Positions 39,001-52,652 of a DNA stretch of 64,000 nucleotides are shown piece after piece. The notes beneath the pieces are model-generated. The model had not been told where the DNA came from and did no database searches. It saw nothing but the letters and a program-made list of their open reading frames with translations. Source of the stretch: Auanema rhodensis (lineage: Eukaryota; Animalia; Nematoda); contig OZ059896.1 in the NCBI GenBank assembly GCA_964057225.1, positions 19,964,001 through 20,028,000 on the forward strand, given 5' to 3'. Both the position numbers and the translations under genes were made by a program. Every line of letters starts with the position of its first letter. Within the stretch, counting starts at the first letter, position 1.

Positions 39001-41420
39001 GATATAAGTGTGAACTTATATCAGTTGATATCTCGGTGCATTTTTAAGCTAGCGCAAATCTGATAACACAGATCGACGCAGCTTAAAAATCCGCATCGAA
39101 TGCACTATACTACATTGAGAAACGCTTGATACAAAAATTAGTTAAGATCGTTTGAAAAATGATGCATTAGTGTATGTTGAGTTTCCATGTACACTCAACA
39201 TTGCTTCCAAAAACATTTTGACAAAAATTTTTTCGAAAAATTTCAAAATAATTTAGCAAAAAGTAGATGTTTTTAGATTCCATTTTTCAAGGCAAACACG
39301 ATGGACAATGTTATTCAACGGAAAAATTATTTCTTCAGGGTGAAAATCGAGGATATAAGTGTGAACTTATATCAGTTGATATCTCGGTGCATTTTTAAGC
39401 TAGCGCAAATCTGATAACACAGATCGACGCAGCTTAAAAATCCGCATCGAATGCACTATACTACATTGAGAAACGCTTAATACAAAAATTAGTTATGATC
39501 GTTTGAAAAATGATGCATTAGTGTATGTTGAGTTTCCATGTACACTCAACATTGCTTCCAAAAACATTTTGACAAAAATTTTTTCGAAAAATTTCAAAAT
39601 AATTTAGCAAAAAGTAGATGTTTTTAGATTCCATTTTTCAAGGCAAAGACGATGGACAATGTTATTCAACGGAAAAATTATTTCTTCAGGGTGAAAATCG
39701 AGGATATAAGTGTGAACTTATATCAGTTGATATCTCGGTGCATTTGTAAGCTAGCGCAAATCTGATAACACAGATCGAAGCAGCTTAAAAATCCGCATCG
39801 AATGCACTATACTACATTGAGAAACGCTTCATACAAAAATTAGTTATGATCGTTTGAAAAATGATGCATTAGTGTATGTTGAGTTTCCATGTACACTCAA
39901 CATTGCTTCCAAAAACATTTTGACAAAAATTTTTTCGAAAAATTTCGAAATAATTTAGCAAAAAGTAGATGTTTTTAAATTCCTTTATTCAAGGCAAAGA
40001 CGATGGACAATGTTATTCAACGGAAAAATTATTTCTTCAGGGTGAAAATCGAGGATATAAGTGTGAACTTATATCAGTTGATATCTCGGTGCATTTTTAA
40101 GCTAGCGCAAATCTGATAACACAGATCGACGCAGCTTAAAAATCCGCATCGAATGCACTATACTACATTGAGAAACGCTTAATACAAAAATTAGTTATGA
40201 TCGTTTGAAAAATGATGCATTAGTGTATGTTGAGTTTCCATGTACACTCAACATTGCTTCCAAAAACATTTTGACAAAAATTTTTTCGAAAAATTTCAAA
40301 ATAATTTAGCAAAAAGTAGATGTTTTTAGATTCCATTTTTCAAGGCAAAGACGATGGACAATGTTATTCAACGGAAAAATTATTTCTTCAGGGTGAAAAT
40401 CGAGGATATAAGTGTGAACTTATATCAGTTGATATCTCGGTGCATTTGTAAGCTAGCGCAAATCTGATAACACAGATCGAAGCAGCTTAAAAATCCGCAT
40501 CGAATGCACTATACTACATTGAGAAACGCTTCATACAAAAATTAGTTATGATCGTTTGAAAAATGATGCATTAGTGTATGTTGAGTTTCCATGTACACTC
40601 AACATTGCTTCCAAAAACATTTTGACAAAAATTTTTTCGAAAAATTTCGAAATAATTTAGCAAAAAGTAGATGTTTTTAAATTCCTTTATTCAAGGCAAA
40701 GACGATGGACAATGTTATTCAACGAAAAAATTAATTCTTCAGGGTGAAAATCGAGGATATAAGTGTGAACTTATATCAGTTGATATCTCGGTGCATTTTT
40801 AAGCTAGCGCAAATCTGATAACACAGATCGACGCAGCTTAAAAATCCGCATCGAATGCACTATACTACATTGAAAAACGCTTAATACAAAAATTAGTTAT
40901 GATCGTTTGAAAAATGATGCATTAGTGTATGTTGAGTTTCCATGTACACTCAACATTGCTTCCAAAAACATTTTGACAAAAATTTTTTCGAAAAATTTCG
41001 AAATAATTTAGCAAAAAGTAGATGTTTTTAAATTCCTTTATTCAAAGCAAAGACGATGGACAATGTTATTCAACGAAAAAATTAATTCTTCAGGGTGAAA
41101 ATCGAGGATATAAGTGTGAACTTATATCAGTTGATATCTCGGTGCATTTTTAAGCTAGCGCAAATCTGATAACACAGATCGACGCAGCTTAAAAATCCGC
41201 ATTGAATGCACTATACTACATTGAGAAACGCTTAATACAAAAATTAGTTATGATCGTTTGAAAAATGATGCATTAGTGTATGTTGAGTTTCCATGTACAC
41301 TCAACATTGCTTCCAAAAACATTTTGACAAAAATTTTTTCGAAAAATTTCAAAATAATTTAGCAAAAAGTAGATGTTTTTAGATTCCATTTTTCAAGGCA
41401 AAGACGATGGACAGTGTTAT
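27030..41420 (+). repeat. Large higher-order repeat: 17-mer, internally deleted 8-mer, 16-mer
   Basis: GACAAAGTT, TAGTAAA, ATTGAATAC and AAACACG recur at +8775 bp (27373/36148). The later markers (TTTGTA, CGAAG, CTTCAT, TAAATT) recur at +8424 bp. Segment 32997-35804 carries the head and tail markers only. Confidence 0.85.
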
Positions 41421-42824
41421 TCAACGAAAAAATTAATTCTTCAGGGTGAAAATCGAGGATATAAGTGTGAACTTATATCAGTTGATATCTCGGTGCATTT
41501 GTAAGCTAGCGCAAATCTGATAACACAGATCGAAGCAGCTTAAAAATCCGCATCGAATGCACTATACTACATTGAGAAACGCTTCATACAAAAATTAGTT
41601 ATGATCGTTTGAAAAATGATGCATTAGTGTATGTTGAGTTTCCATGTACACTCAACATTGCTTCCAAAAACATTTTGACAAAAATTTTTTCGAAAAATTT
41701 CGAAATAATTTAGCAAAAAGTAGATGTTTTTAAATTCCTTTATTCAAGGCAAAGACGATGGACAATGTTATTCAACGAAAAAATTAATTCTTCAGGGTGA
41801 AAATCGAGGATATAAGTGTGAACTTATATCAGTTGATATCTCGGTGCATTTTTAAGCTAGCGCAAATCTGATAACACAGATCGACGCAGCTTAAAAATCC
41901 GCATCGAATGCACTATACTACATTGAAAAACGCTTAATACAAAAATTAGTTATGATCGTTTGAAAAATGATGCATTAGTGTATGTTGAGTTTCCATGTAC
42001 ACTCAACATTGCTTCCAAAAACATTTTGACAAAAATTTTTTCGAAAAATTTCGAAATAATTTAGCAAAAAGTAGATGTTTTTAAATTCCTTTATTCAAGG
42101 CAAAGACGATGGACAATGTTATTCAACGAAAAAATTAATTCTTCAGGGTGAAAATCGAGGATATAAGTGTGAACTTATATCAGTTGATATCTCGGTGCAT
42201 TTTTAAGCTAGCGCAAATCTGATAACACAGATCGACGCAGCTTAAAAATCCGCATTGAATGCACTATACTACATTGAGAAACGCTTAATACAAAAATTAG
42301 TTATGATCGTTTGAAAAATGATGCATTAGTGTATGTTGAGTTTCCATGTACACTCAACATTGCTTCCAAAAACATTTTGACAAAAATTTTTTCGAAAAAT
42401 TTCAAAATAATTTAGCAAAAAGTAGATGTTTTTAGATTCCTTTATTCAAGGCAAAGACGATGGACAATGTTATTCAACAAAAAAATTAATTCTTCAGGGT
42501 GAAAATCGAGGATATAAGTGTGAACTTATATCAGTTGATATCTCGGTGCATTTTTAAGCTAGCGCAAATCTGATAACACAGATCGACGCAGCTTAAAAAT
42601 CCGCATCGAATGCACTATACTACATTGAGAAACGCTTAATACAAAAATTAGTTATGATCGTTTGAAAAATGATGCATTAGTGTATGTTGAGTTTCCATGT
42701 ACACTCAACATTGCTTCCAAAAACATTTTGACAAAAATTTTTTCGAAAAATTTCAAAATAATTTAGCAAAAAGTAGATGTTTTTAGATTCCATTTTTCAA
42801 GGCAAAGACGATGGACAGTGTTAT

Positions 42825-45800
42825 TCAACGAAAAAATTAATTCTTCAGGGTGAAAATCGAGGATATAAGTGTGAACTTATATCAGTTGATATCTCGGTGC
42901 ATTTGTAAGCTAGCGCAAATCTGATAACACAGATCGAAGCAGCTTAAAAATCCGCATCGAATGCACTATACTACATTGAGAAACGCTTAATACAAAAATT
43001 AGTTATGATCGTTTGAAAAATGATGCATTAGTGTATGTTGAGTTTCCATGTACACTCAACATTGCTTCCAAAAACATTTTGACAAAAATTTTTTCGAAAA
43101 ATTTCGAAATAATTTAGCAAAAAGTAGATGTTTTTAAATTCCTTTATTCAAGGCAAAGACGATGGACAATGTTATTCAACGAAAAAATTAATTCTTCAGG
43201 GTGAAAATCGAGGATATAAGTGTGAACTTATATCAGTTGATATCTCGGTGCATTTTTAAGCTAGCGCAAATCTGATAACACAGATCGACGCAGCTTAAAA
43301 ATCCGCATCGAATGCACTATACTACATTGAGAAACGCTTAATACAAAAATTAGTTATGATCGTTTGAAAAATGATGCATTAGTGTATGTTGAGTTTCCAT
43401 GTACACTCAACATTGCTTCCAAAAACATTTTGACAAAAATTTTTTCGAAAAATTTCAAAATAATTTAGCAAAAAGTAGATGTTTTTAGATTCCATTTTTC
43501 AAGGCAAAGACGATGGACAGTGTTATTCAACGAAAAAATTAATTCTTCAGGGTGAAAATCGAGGATATAAGTGTGAACTTATATCAGTTGATATCTCGGT
43601 GCATTTGTAAGCTAGCGCAAATCTGATAACACAGATCGAAGCAGCTTAAAAATCCGCATCGAATGCACTATACTACATTGAGAAACGCTTAATACAAAAA
43701 TTAGTTATGATCGTTTGAAAAATGATGCATTAGTGTATGTTGAGTTTCCATGTACACTCAACATTGCTTCCAAAAACATTTTGACAAAAATTTTTTCGAA
43801 AAATTTCGAAATAATTTAGCAAAAAGTAGATGTTTTTAAATTCCTTCATTCAAGGCAAAGACGATGGACAATGTTATTCAACGAAAAAATTAATTCTTCA
43901 GGGTGAAAATCGAGGATATAAGTGTGAACTTATATCAGTTGATATCTCGGTGCATTTTTAAGCTAGCGCAAATCTGATAACACAGATCGACGCAGCTTAA
44001 AAATCCGCATCGAATGCACTATACTACATTGAAAAACGCTTAATACAAAAATTAGTTATGATCGTTTGAAAAATGATGCATTAGTGTATGTTGAGTTTCC
44101 ATGAACACTCAACATTGCTTCCAAAAACATTTTGACAAAAATTTTTTCGAAAAATTTCAAAATAATTTAGCAAAAAGTAGATGTTTTTAGATTCCATTTT
44201 TCAAGGCAAAGACGATGGACAATGTTATTCAACGAAAAAATTAATTCTTCAGGGTGAAAATCGAGGATATAAGTGTGAACTTATATCAGTTGATATCTCG
44301 GTGCATTTTTAAGCTAGCGCAAATCTGATAACACAGATCGACGCAGCTTAAAAATCCGCATTGAATGCACTATACTACATTGAGAAACGCTTAATACAAA
44401 AATTAGTTATGATCGTTTGAAAAATGATGCATTAGTGTATGTTGAGTTTCCATGTACACTCAACATTGCTTCCAAAAACATTTTGACAAAAATTTTTTCG
44501 AAAAATTTCAAAATAATTTAGCAAAAAGTAGATGTTTTTAGATTCCTTTATTCAAGGCAAAGACGATGGACAATGTTATTCAACGAAAAAATTAATTCTT
44601 TAGGGTGAAAATCGAGGATATAAGTGTGAACTTATATCAGTTGATATCTTGGTGCATTTTTAAGCTAGCGCAAATCTGACAACACAGATCGACGCAGCTT
44701 AAAAATCCGCATCGAATGCACTATACTACATTGAAAAACGCTTAATACAAAAATTAGTTATGATCGTTTGAAAAATGATGCATTAGTGTATGTTGAGTTT
44801 CCATGTACACTCAACATTGCTTCCAAAAACATTTTGACAAAAATTTTTTCGAAAAATTTCAAAATAATTTAGCAAAAAGTAGATGTTTTTAGATTCCATT
44901 TTTCAAGGCAAAGACGATGGACAGTGTTATTCAACGAAAAAATTAATTCTTCAGGGTGAAAATCGAGGATATAAGTGTGAACTTATATCAGTTGATATCT
45001 CGGTGCATTTGTAAGCTAGCGCAAATCTGATAACACAGATCGAAGCAGCTTAAAAATCCGCATCGAATGCACTATACTACATTGAGAAACGCTTAATACA
45101 AAAATTAGTTATGATCGTTTGAAAAATGATGCATTAGTGTATGTTGAGTTTCCATGTACACTCAACATTGCTTCCAAAAACATTTTGACAAAAATTTTTT
45201 CGAAAAATTTCGAAATAATTTAGCAAAAAGTAGATGTTTTTAAATTCCTTTATTCAAGGCAAAGACGATGGACAATGTTATTCAACGAAAAAATTAATTC
45301 TTCAGGGTGAAAATCGAGGATATAAGTGTGAACTTATATCAGTTGATATCTCGGTGCATTTTTAAGCTAGCGCAAATCTGATAACACAGATCGACGCAGC
45401 TTAAAAATCCGCATCGAATGCACTATACTACATTGAGAAACGCTTAATACAAAAATTAGTTATGATCGTTTGAAAAATGATGCATTAGTGTATGTTGAGT
45501 TTCCATGTACACTCAACATTGCTTCCAAAAACATTTTGACAAAAATTTTTTCGAAAAATTTCAAAATAATTTAGCAAAAAGTAGATGTTTTTAGATTCCA
45601 TTTTTCAAGGCAAAGACGATGGACAGTGTTATTCAACGAAAAAATTAATTCTTCAGGGTGAAAATCGAGGATATAAGTGTGAACTTATATCAGTTGATAT
45701 CTCGGTGCATTTGTAAGCTAGCGCAAATCTGATAACACAGATCGAAGCAGCTTAAAAATCCGCATCGAATGCACTATACTACATTGAGAAACGCTTAATA

Positions 45801-47036
45801 CAAAAATTAGTTATGATCGTTTGAAAAATGATGCATTAGTGTATGTTGAGTTTCCATGTACACTCAACATTGCTTCCAAAAACATTTTGACAAAAATTTT
45901 TTCGAAAAATTTCGAAATAATTTAGCAAAAAGTAGATGTTTTTAAATTCCTTTATTCAAGGCAAAGACGATGGACAATGTTATTCAACGAAAAAATTAAT
46001 TCTTCAGGGTGAAAATCGAGGATATAAGTGTGAACTTATATCAGTTGATATCTCGGTGCATTTTTAAGCTAGCGCAAATCTGATAACACAGATCGACGCA
46101 GCTTAAAAATCCGCATCGAATGCACTATACTACATTGAAAAACGCTTAATACAAAAATTAGTTATGATCGTTTGAAAAATGATGCATTAGTGTATGTTGA
46201 GTTTCCATGTACACTCAACATTGCTTCCAAAAACATTTTGACAAAAATTTTTTCGAAAAATTTCAAAATAATTTAGCAAAAAGTAGATGTTTTTAGATTC
46301 CATTTTTCAAGGCAAAGACGATGGACAATGTTATTTTACGAAAAAATTAATTCTTCAGGGTGAAAATCGAGGATATAAGTGTGAACTTATATCAGTTGAT
46401 ATCTCGGTGCATTTTTAAGCTAGCGCAAATCTGATAACACAGATCGACGCAGCTTAAAAATCCGCATTGAATGCACTATACTACATTGAGAAACGCTTAA
46501 TACAAAAATTAGTTATGATCGTTTGAAAAATGATGCATTAGTGTATGTTGAGTTTCCATGTACACTCAACATTGCTTCCAAAAACATTTTGACAAAAATT
46601 TTTTCGAAAAATTTCAAAATAATTTAGCAAAAAGTAGATGTTTTTAGATTCCTTTATTCAAGGCAAAGACGATGGACAATGTTATTCAACGAAAAAATTA
46701 ATTCTTTAGGGTGAAAATCGAGGATATAAGTGTGAACTTATATCAGTTGATATCTTGGTGCATTTTTAAGCTAGCGCAAATCTGACAACACAGATCGACG
46801 CAGCTTAAAAATCCGCATCGAATGCACTATACTACATTGAAAAACGCTTAATACAAAAATTAGTTATGATCGTTTGAAAAATGATGCATTAGTGTATGTT
46901 GAGTTTCCATGTACACTCAACATTGCTTCCAAAAACATTTTGACAAAAATTTTTTCGAAAAATTTCAAAATAATTTAGCAAAAAGTAGATGTTTTTAGAT
47001 TCCATTTTTCAAGGCAAAGACGATGGACAGTGTTAT
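42825..47036 (+). repeat. Tandem 6-mer higher-order duplication (2106 bp x2)
   Basis: Variant order in M123-128 is repeated in M129-134. CTGAC occurs at 44676 and 46782. Confidence 0.85.
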
Positions 47037-50000
47037 TCAACGAAAAAATTAATTCTTCAGGGTGAAAATCGAGGATATAAGTGTGAACTTATATCAGTTG
47101 ATATCTTGGTGCATTTTTAAGCTAGCGCAAATCTGATAACACAGATCGACGCAGCTTAAAAATCCGCATTGAATGCACTATACTACATTGAGAAACGCTT
47201 AATACAAAAATTAGTTATGATCGTTTGAAAAATGATGCATTAGTGTATGTTGAGTTTCCATGTACACTCAACATTGCTTCCAAAAACATTTTGACAAAAA
47301 TTTTTTCGAAAAATTTCAAAATAATTTAGCAAAAAGTAGATGTTTTTAGATTCCTTTATTCAAGGCAAAGACGATGGACAATGTTATTCAACGAAAAAAT
47401 TAATTCTTTAGGGTGAAAATCGAGGATATAAGTGTGAACTTATATCAGTTGATATCTTGGTGCATTTTTAAGCTAGCGCAAATCTGACAACACAGATCGA
47501 CGCAGCTTAAAAATCCGCATCGAATGCACTATACTACATTGAAAAACGCTTAATACAAAAATTAGTTATGATCGTTTGAAAAATGATGCATTAGTGTATG
47601 TTGAGTTTCCATGTACACTCAACATTGCTTCCAAAAACATTTTGACAAAAATTTTTTCGAAAAATTTCAAAATAATTTAGCAAAAAGTAGATGTTTTTAG
47701 ATTCCTTTATTCAAGGCAAAGACGATGGACAATGTTATTCAACGAAAAAATTAATTCTTTAGGGTGAAAATCGAGGATATAAGTGTGAACTTATATCAGT
47801 TGATATCTTGGTGCATTTTTAAGCTAGCGCAAATCTGACAACACAGATCGACGCAGCTTAAAAATCCGCATCGAATGCACTATACTACATTGAAAAACGC
47901 TTAATACAAAAATTAGTTATGATCGTTTGAAAAATGATGCATTAGTGTATGTTGAGTTTCCATGTACACTCAACATTGCTTCCAAAAACATTTTGACAAA
48001 AATTTTTTCGAAAAATTTCAAAATAATTTAGCAAAAAGTAGATGTTTTTAGATTCCTTTATTCAAGGCAAAGACGATGGACAATGTTATTCAACGAAAAA
48101 ATTAATTCTTTAGGGTGAAAATCGAGGATATAAGTGTGAACTTATATCAGTTGATATCTTGGTGCATTTTTAAGCTAGCGCAAATCTGACAACACAGATC
48201 GACGCAGCTTAAAAATCCGCATTGAATGCACTATACTACATTGAAAAACGCTTAATACAAAAATTAGTTATGATCGTTTGAAAAATGATGCATTAGTGTA
48301 TGTTGAGTTTCCATGTACACTCAACATTGCTTCCAAAAACATTTTGACAAAAATTTTTTCGAAAAATTTCAAAATAATTTAGCAAAAAGTAGATGTTTTT
48401 AGATTCCATTTTTCAAGGCAAAGACGATGGACAGTGTTATTCAACGAAAAAATTAATTCTTCAGGGTGAAAATCGAGGATATAAGTGTGAACTTATATCA
48501 GTTGATATCTTGGTGCATTTTTAAGCTAGCGCAAATCTGATAACACAGATCGACGCAGCTTAAAAATCCGCATTGAATGCACTATACTACATTGAGAAAC
48601 GCTTAATACAAAAATTAGTTATGATCGTTTGAAAAATGATGCATTAGTGTATGTTGAGTTTCCATGTACACTCAACATTGCTTCCAAAAACATTTTGACA
48701 AAAATTTTTTCGAAAAATTTCAAAATAATTTAGCAAAAAGTAGATGTTTTTAGATTCCTTTATTCAAGGCAAAGACGATGGACAATGTTATTCAACGAAA
48801 AAATTAATTCTTTAGGGTGAAAATCGAGGATATAAGTGTGAACTTATATCAGTTGATATCTTGGTGCATTTTTAAGCTAGCGCAAATCTGACAACACAGA
48901 TCGACGCAGCTTAAAAATCCGCATCGGATGCACTATACTACATTGAAAAACGCTTAATACAAAAATTAGTTATGATCGTTTGAAAAATGATGCATTAGTG
49001 TATGTTGAGTTTCCATGTACACTCAACATTGCTTCCAAAAACATTTTGACAAAAATTTTTTCGAAAAATTTCAAAATAATTTAGCAAAAAGTAGATGTTT
49101 TTAGATTCCATTTTTCAAGGCAAAGACGATGGACAGTGTTATTCAACGAAAAAATTAATTCTTCAGGGTGAAAATCGAGGATATAAGTGTGAACTTATAT
49201 CAGTTGATATCTTGGTGCATTTTTAAGCTAGCGCAAATCTGATAACACAGATCGACGCAGCTTAAAAATCCGCATCGAATGCACTATACTACATTGAAAA
49301 ACGCTTAATACAAAAATTAGTTATGATCGTTTGAAAAATGATGCATTAGTGTATGTTGAGTTTCCATGTACACTCAACATTGCTTCCAAAAACATTTTGA
49401 CAAAAATTTTTTCGAAAAATTTCAAAATAATTTAGCAAAAAGTAGATGTTTTTAGATTCCATTTTTCAAGGCAAAGACGATGGACAGTGTTATTCAACGA
49501 AAAAATTAATTCTTCAGGGTGAAAATCGAGGATATAAGTGTGAACTTATATCAGTTGATATCTCGGTGCATTTTTAAGCTAGCGCAAATCTGATAACAAA
49601 GATCGACGCAGCTTAAAAATCCGCATCGAATGCACTATACTACATTGAGAAACGCTTAATACAAAAATTAGTTATGATCGTTTGAAAAATGATGCATTAG
49701 TGTATGTTGAGTTTCCATGTACACTCAACATTGCTTCCAAAAACATTTTGACAAAAATTTTTTCGAAAAATTTCAAAATAATTTAGCAAAAAGTAGATGT
49801 TTTTAGATTCCATTTTTCAAGGCAAAGACGATGGACAGTGTTATTCAACGAAAAAATTAATTCTTCAGGGTGAAAATCGAGGATATAAGTGTGAACTTAT
49901 ATCAGTTGATATCTCGGTGCATTTGTAAGCTAGCGCAAATCTGATAACACAGATCGAAGCAGCTTAAAAATCCGCATCGAATGCACTATACTACATTGAG

Positions 50001-52652
50001 AAACGCTTAATACAAAAATTAGTTATGATCGTTTGAAAAATGATGCATTAGTGTATGTTGAGTTTCCATGTACACTCAACATTGCTTCCAAAAACATTTT
50101 GACAAAAATTTTTTCGAAAAATTTCGAAATAATTTAGCAAAAAGTAGATGTTTTTAAATTCCTTTATTCAAGGCAAAGACGATGGACAATGTTATTCAAC
50201 GAAAAAATTAATTCTTCAGGGTGAAAATCGAGGATATAAGTGTGAACTTATATCAGTTGATATCTCGGTGCATTTTTAAGCTAGCGCAAATCTGATAACA
50301 CAGATCGACGCAGCTTAAAAATCCGCATTGAATGCACTATACTACATTGAGAAACGCTTAATACAAAAATTAGTTATGATCGTTTGAAAAATGATGCATT
50401 AGTGTATGTTGAGTTTCCATGTACACTCAACATTGCTTCCAAAAACATTTTGACAAAAATTTTTTCGAAAAATTTCGAAATAATTTAGCAAAAAGTAGAT
50501 GTTTTTAAATTCCTTTATTCAAGGCAAAGACGATGGACAATGTTATTCAACGAAAAAATTAATTCTTCAGGGTGAAAATCGAGGATATAAGTGTGAACTT
50601 ATATCAGTTGATATCTCGGTGCATTTTTAAGCTAGCGCAAATCTGATAACACAGATCGACGCAGCTTAAAAATCCGCATTGAATGCACTATACTACATTG
50701 AGAAACGCTTAATACAAAAATTAGTTATGATCGTTTGAAAAATGATGCATTAGTGTATGTTGAGTTTCCATGTACACTCAACATTGCTTCCAAAAACATT
50801 TTGACAAAAATTTTTTCGAAAAATTTCGAAATAATTTAGCAAAAAGTAGATGTTTTTAAATTCCTTTATTCAAGGCAAAGACGATGGACAATGTTATTCA
50901 ACGAAAAAATTAATTCTTCAGGGTGAAAATCGAGGATATAAGTGTGAACTTATATCAGTTGATATCTCGGTGCATTTTTAAGCTAGCGCAAATCTGATAA
51001 CACAGATCGACGCAGCTTAAAAATCCGCATTGAATGCACTATACTACATTGAGAAACGCTTAATACAAAAATTAGTTATGATCGTTTGAAAAATGATGCA
51101 TTAGTGTATGTTGAGTTTCCATGTACACTCAACATTGCTTCCAAAAACATTTTGACAAAAATTTTTTCGAAAAATTTCGAAATAATTTAGCAAAAAGTAG
51201 ATGTTTTTAAATTTCTTTATTCAAGGCAAAGACGATGGACAATGTTATTCAACGAAAAAATTAATTCTTCAGGGTGAAAATCGAGGATATAAGTGTGAAC
51301 TTATATCAGTTGATATCTCGGTGCATTTTTAAGCTAGCGCAAATCTGATAACACAGATCGACGCAGCTTAAAAATCCGCATCGAATGCACTATACTACAT
51401 TGAAAAACGCTTAATACAAAAATTAGTTATGATCGTTTGAAAAATGATGCATTAGTGTATGTTGAGTTTCCATGTACACTCAACATTGCTTCCAAAAACA
51501 TTTTGACAAAAATTTTTTCGAAAAATTTCAAAATAATTTAGCAAAAAGTAGATGTTTTTAGATTCCATTTTTCAAGGCAAAGACGATGGACAATGTTATT
51601 CAACGAAAAAATTAATTCTTCAGGGTGAAAATCGAGGATATAAGTGTGAACTTATATCAGTTGATATCTCGGTGCATTTTTAAGCTAGCGCAAATCTGAT
51701 AACACAGATCGACGCAGCTTAAAAATCCGCATTGAATGCACTATACTACATTGAGAAACGCTTAATACAAAAATTAGTTATGATCGTTTGAAAAATGATG
51801 CATTAGGGTATGTTGAGTTTCCATGTACACTCAACATTGCTTCCAAAAACATTTTGACAAAAATTTTTTCGAAAAATTTCAAAATAATTTAGCAAAAAGT
51901 AGATGTTTTTAGATTCCTTTATTCAAGGCAAAGACGATGGACAATGTTATTCAACGAAAAAATTAATTCTTTAGGGTGAAAATCGAGGATATAAGTGTGA
52001 ACTTATATCAGTTGATATCTTGGTGCATTTTTAAGCTAGCGCAAATCTGACAACACAGATCGACGCAGCTTAAAAATCCGCATCGAATGCACTATACTAC
52101 ATTGAAAAACGCTTAATACAAAAATTAGTTATGATCGTTTGAAAAATGATGCATTAGTGTATGTTGAGTTTCCATGTACACTCAACATTGCTTCCAAAAA
52201 CATTTTGACAAAAATTTTTTCGAAAAATTTCAAAATAATTTAGCAAAAAGTAGATGTTTTTAGATTCCATTTTTCAAGGCAAAGACGATGGACAGTGTTA
52301 TTCAACGAAAAAATTAATTCTTCAGGGTGAAAATCGAGGATATAAGTGTGAACTTATATCAGTTGATATCTTGGTGCATTTTTAAGCTAGCGCAAATCTG
52401 ATAACACAGATCGACGCAGCTTAAAAATCCGCATCGAATGCACTATACTACATTGAAAAACGCTTAATACAAAAATTAGTTATGATCGTTTGAAAAATGA
52501 TGCATTAGTGTATGTTGAGTTTCCATGTACACTCAACATTGCTTCCAAAAACATTTTGACAAAAATTTTTTCGAAAAATTTCAAAATAATTTAGCAAAAA
52601 GTAGATGTTTTTAGATTCCATTTTTCAAGGCAAAGACGATGGACAGTGTTAT

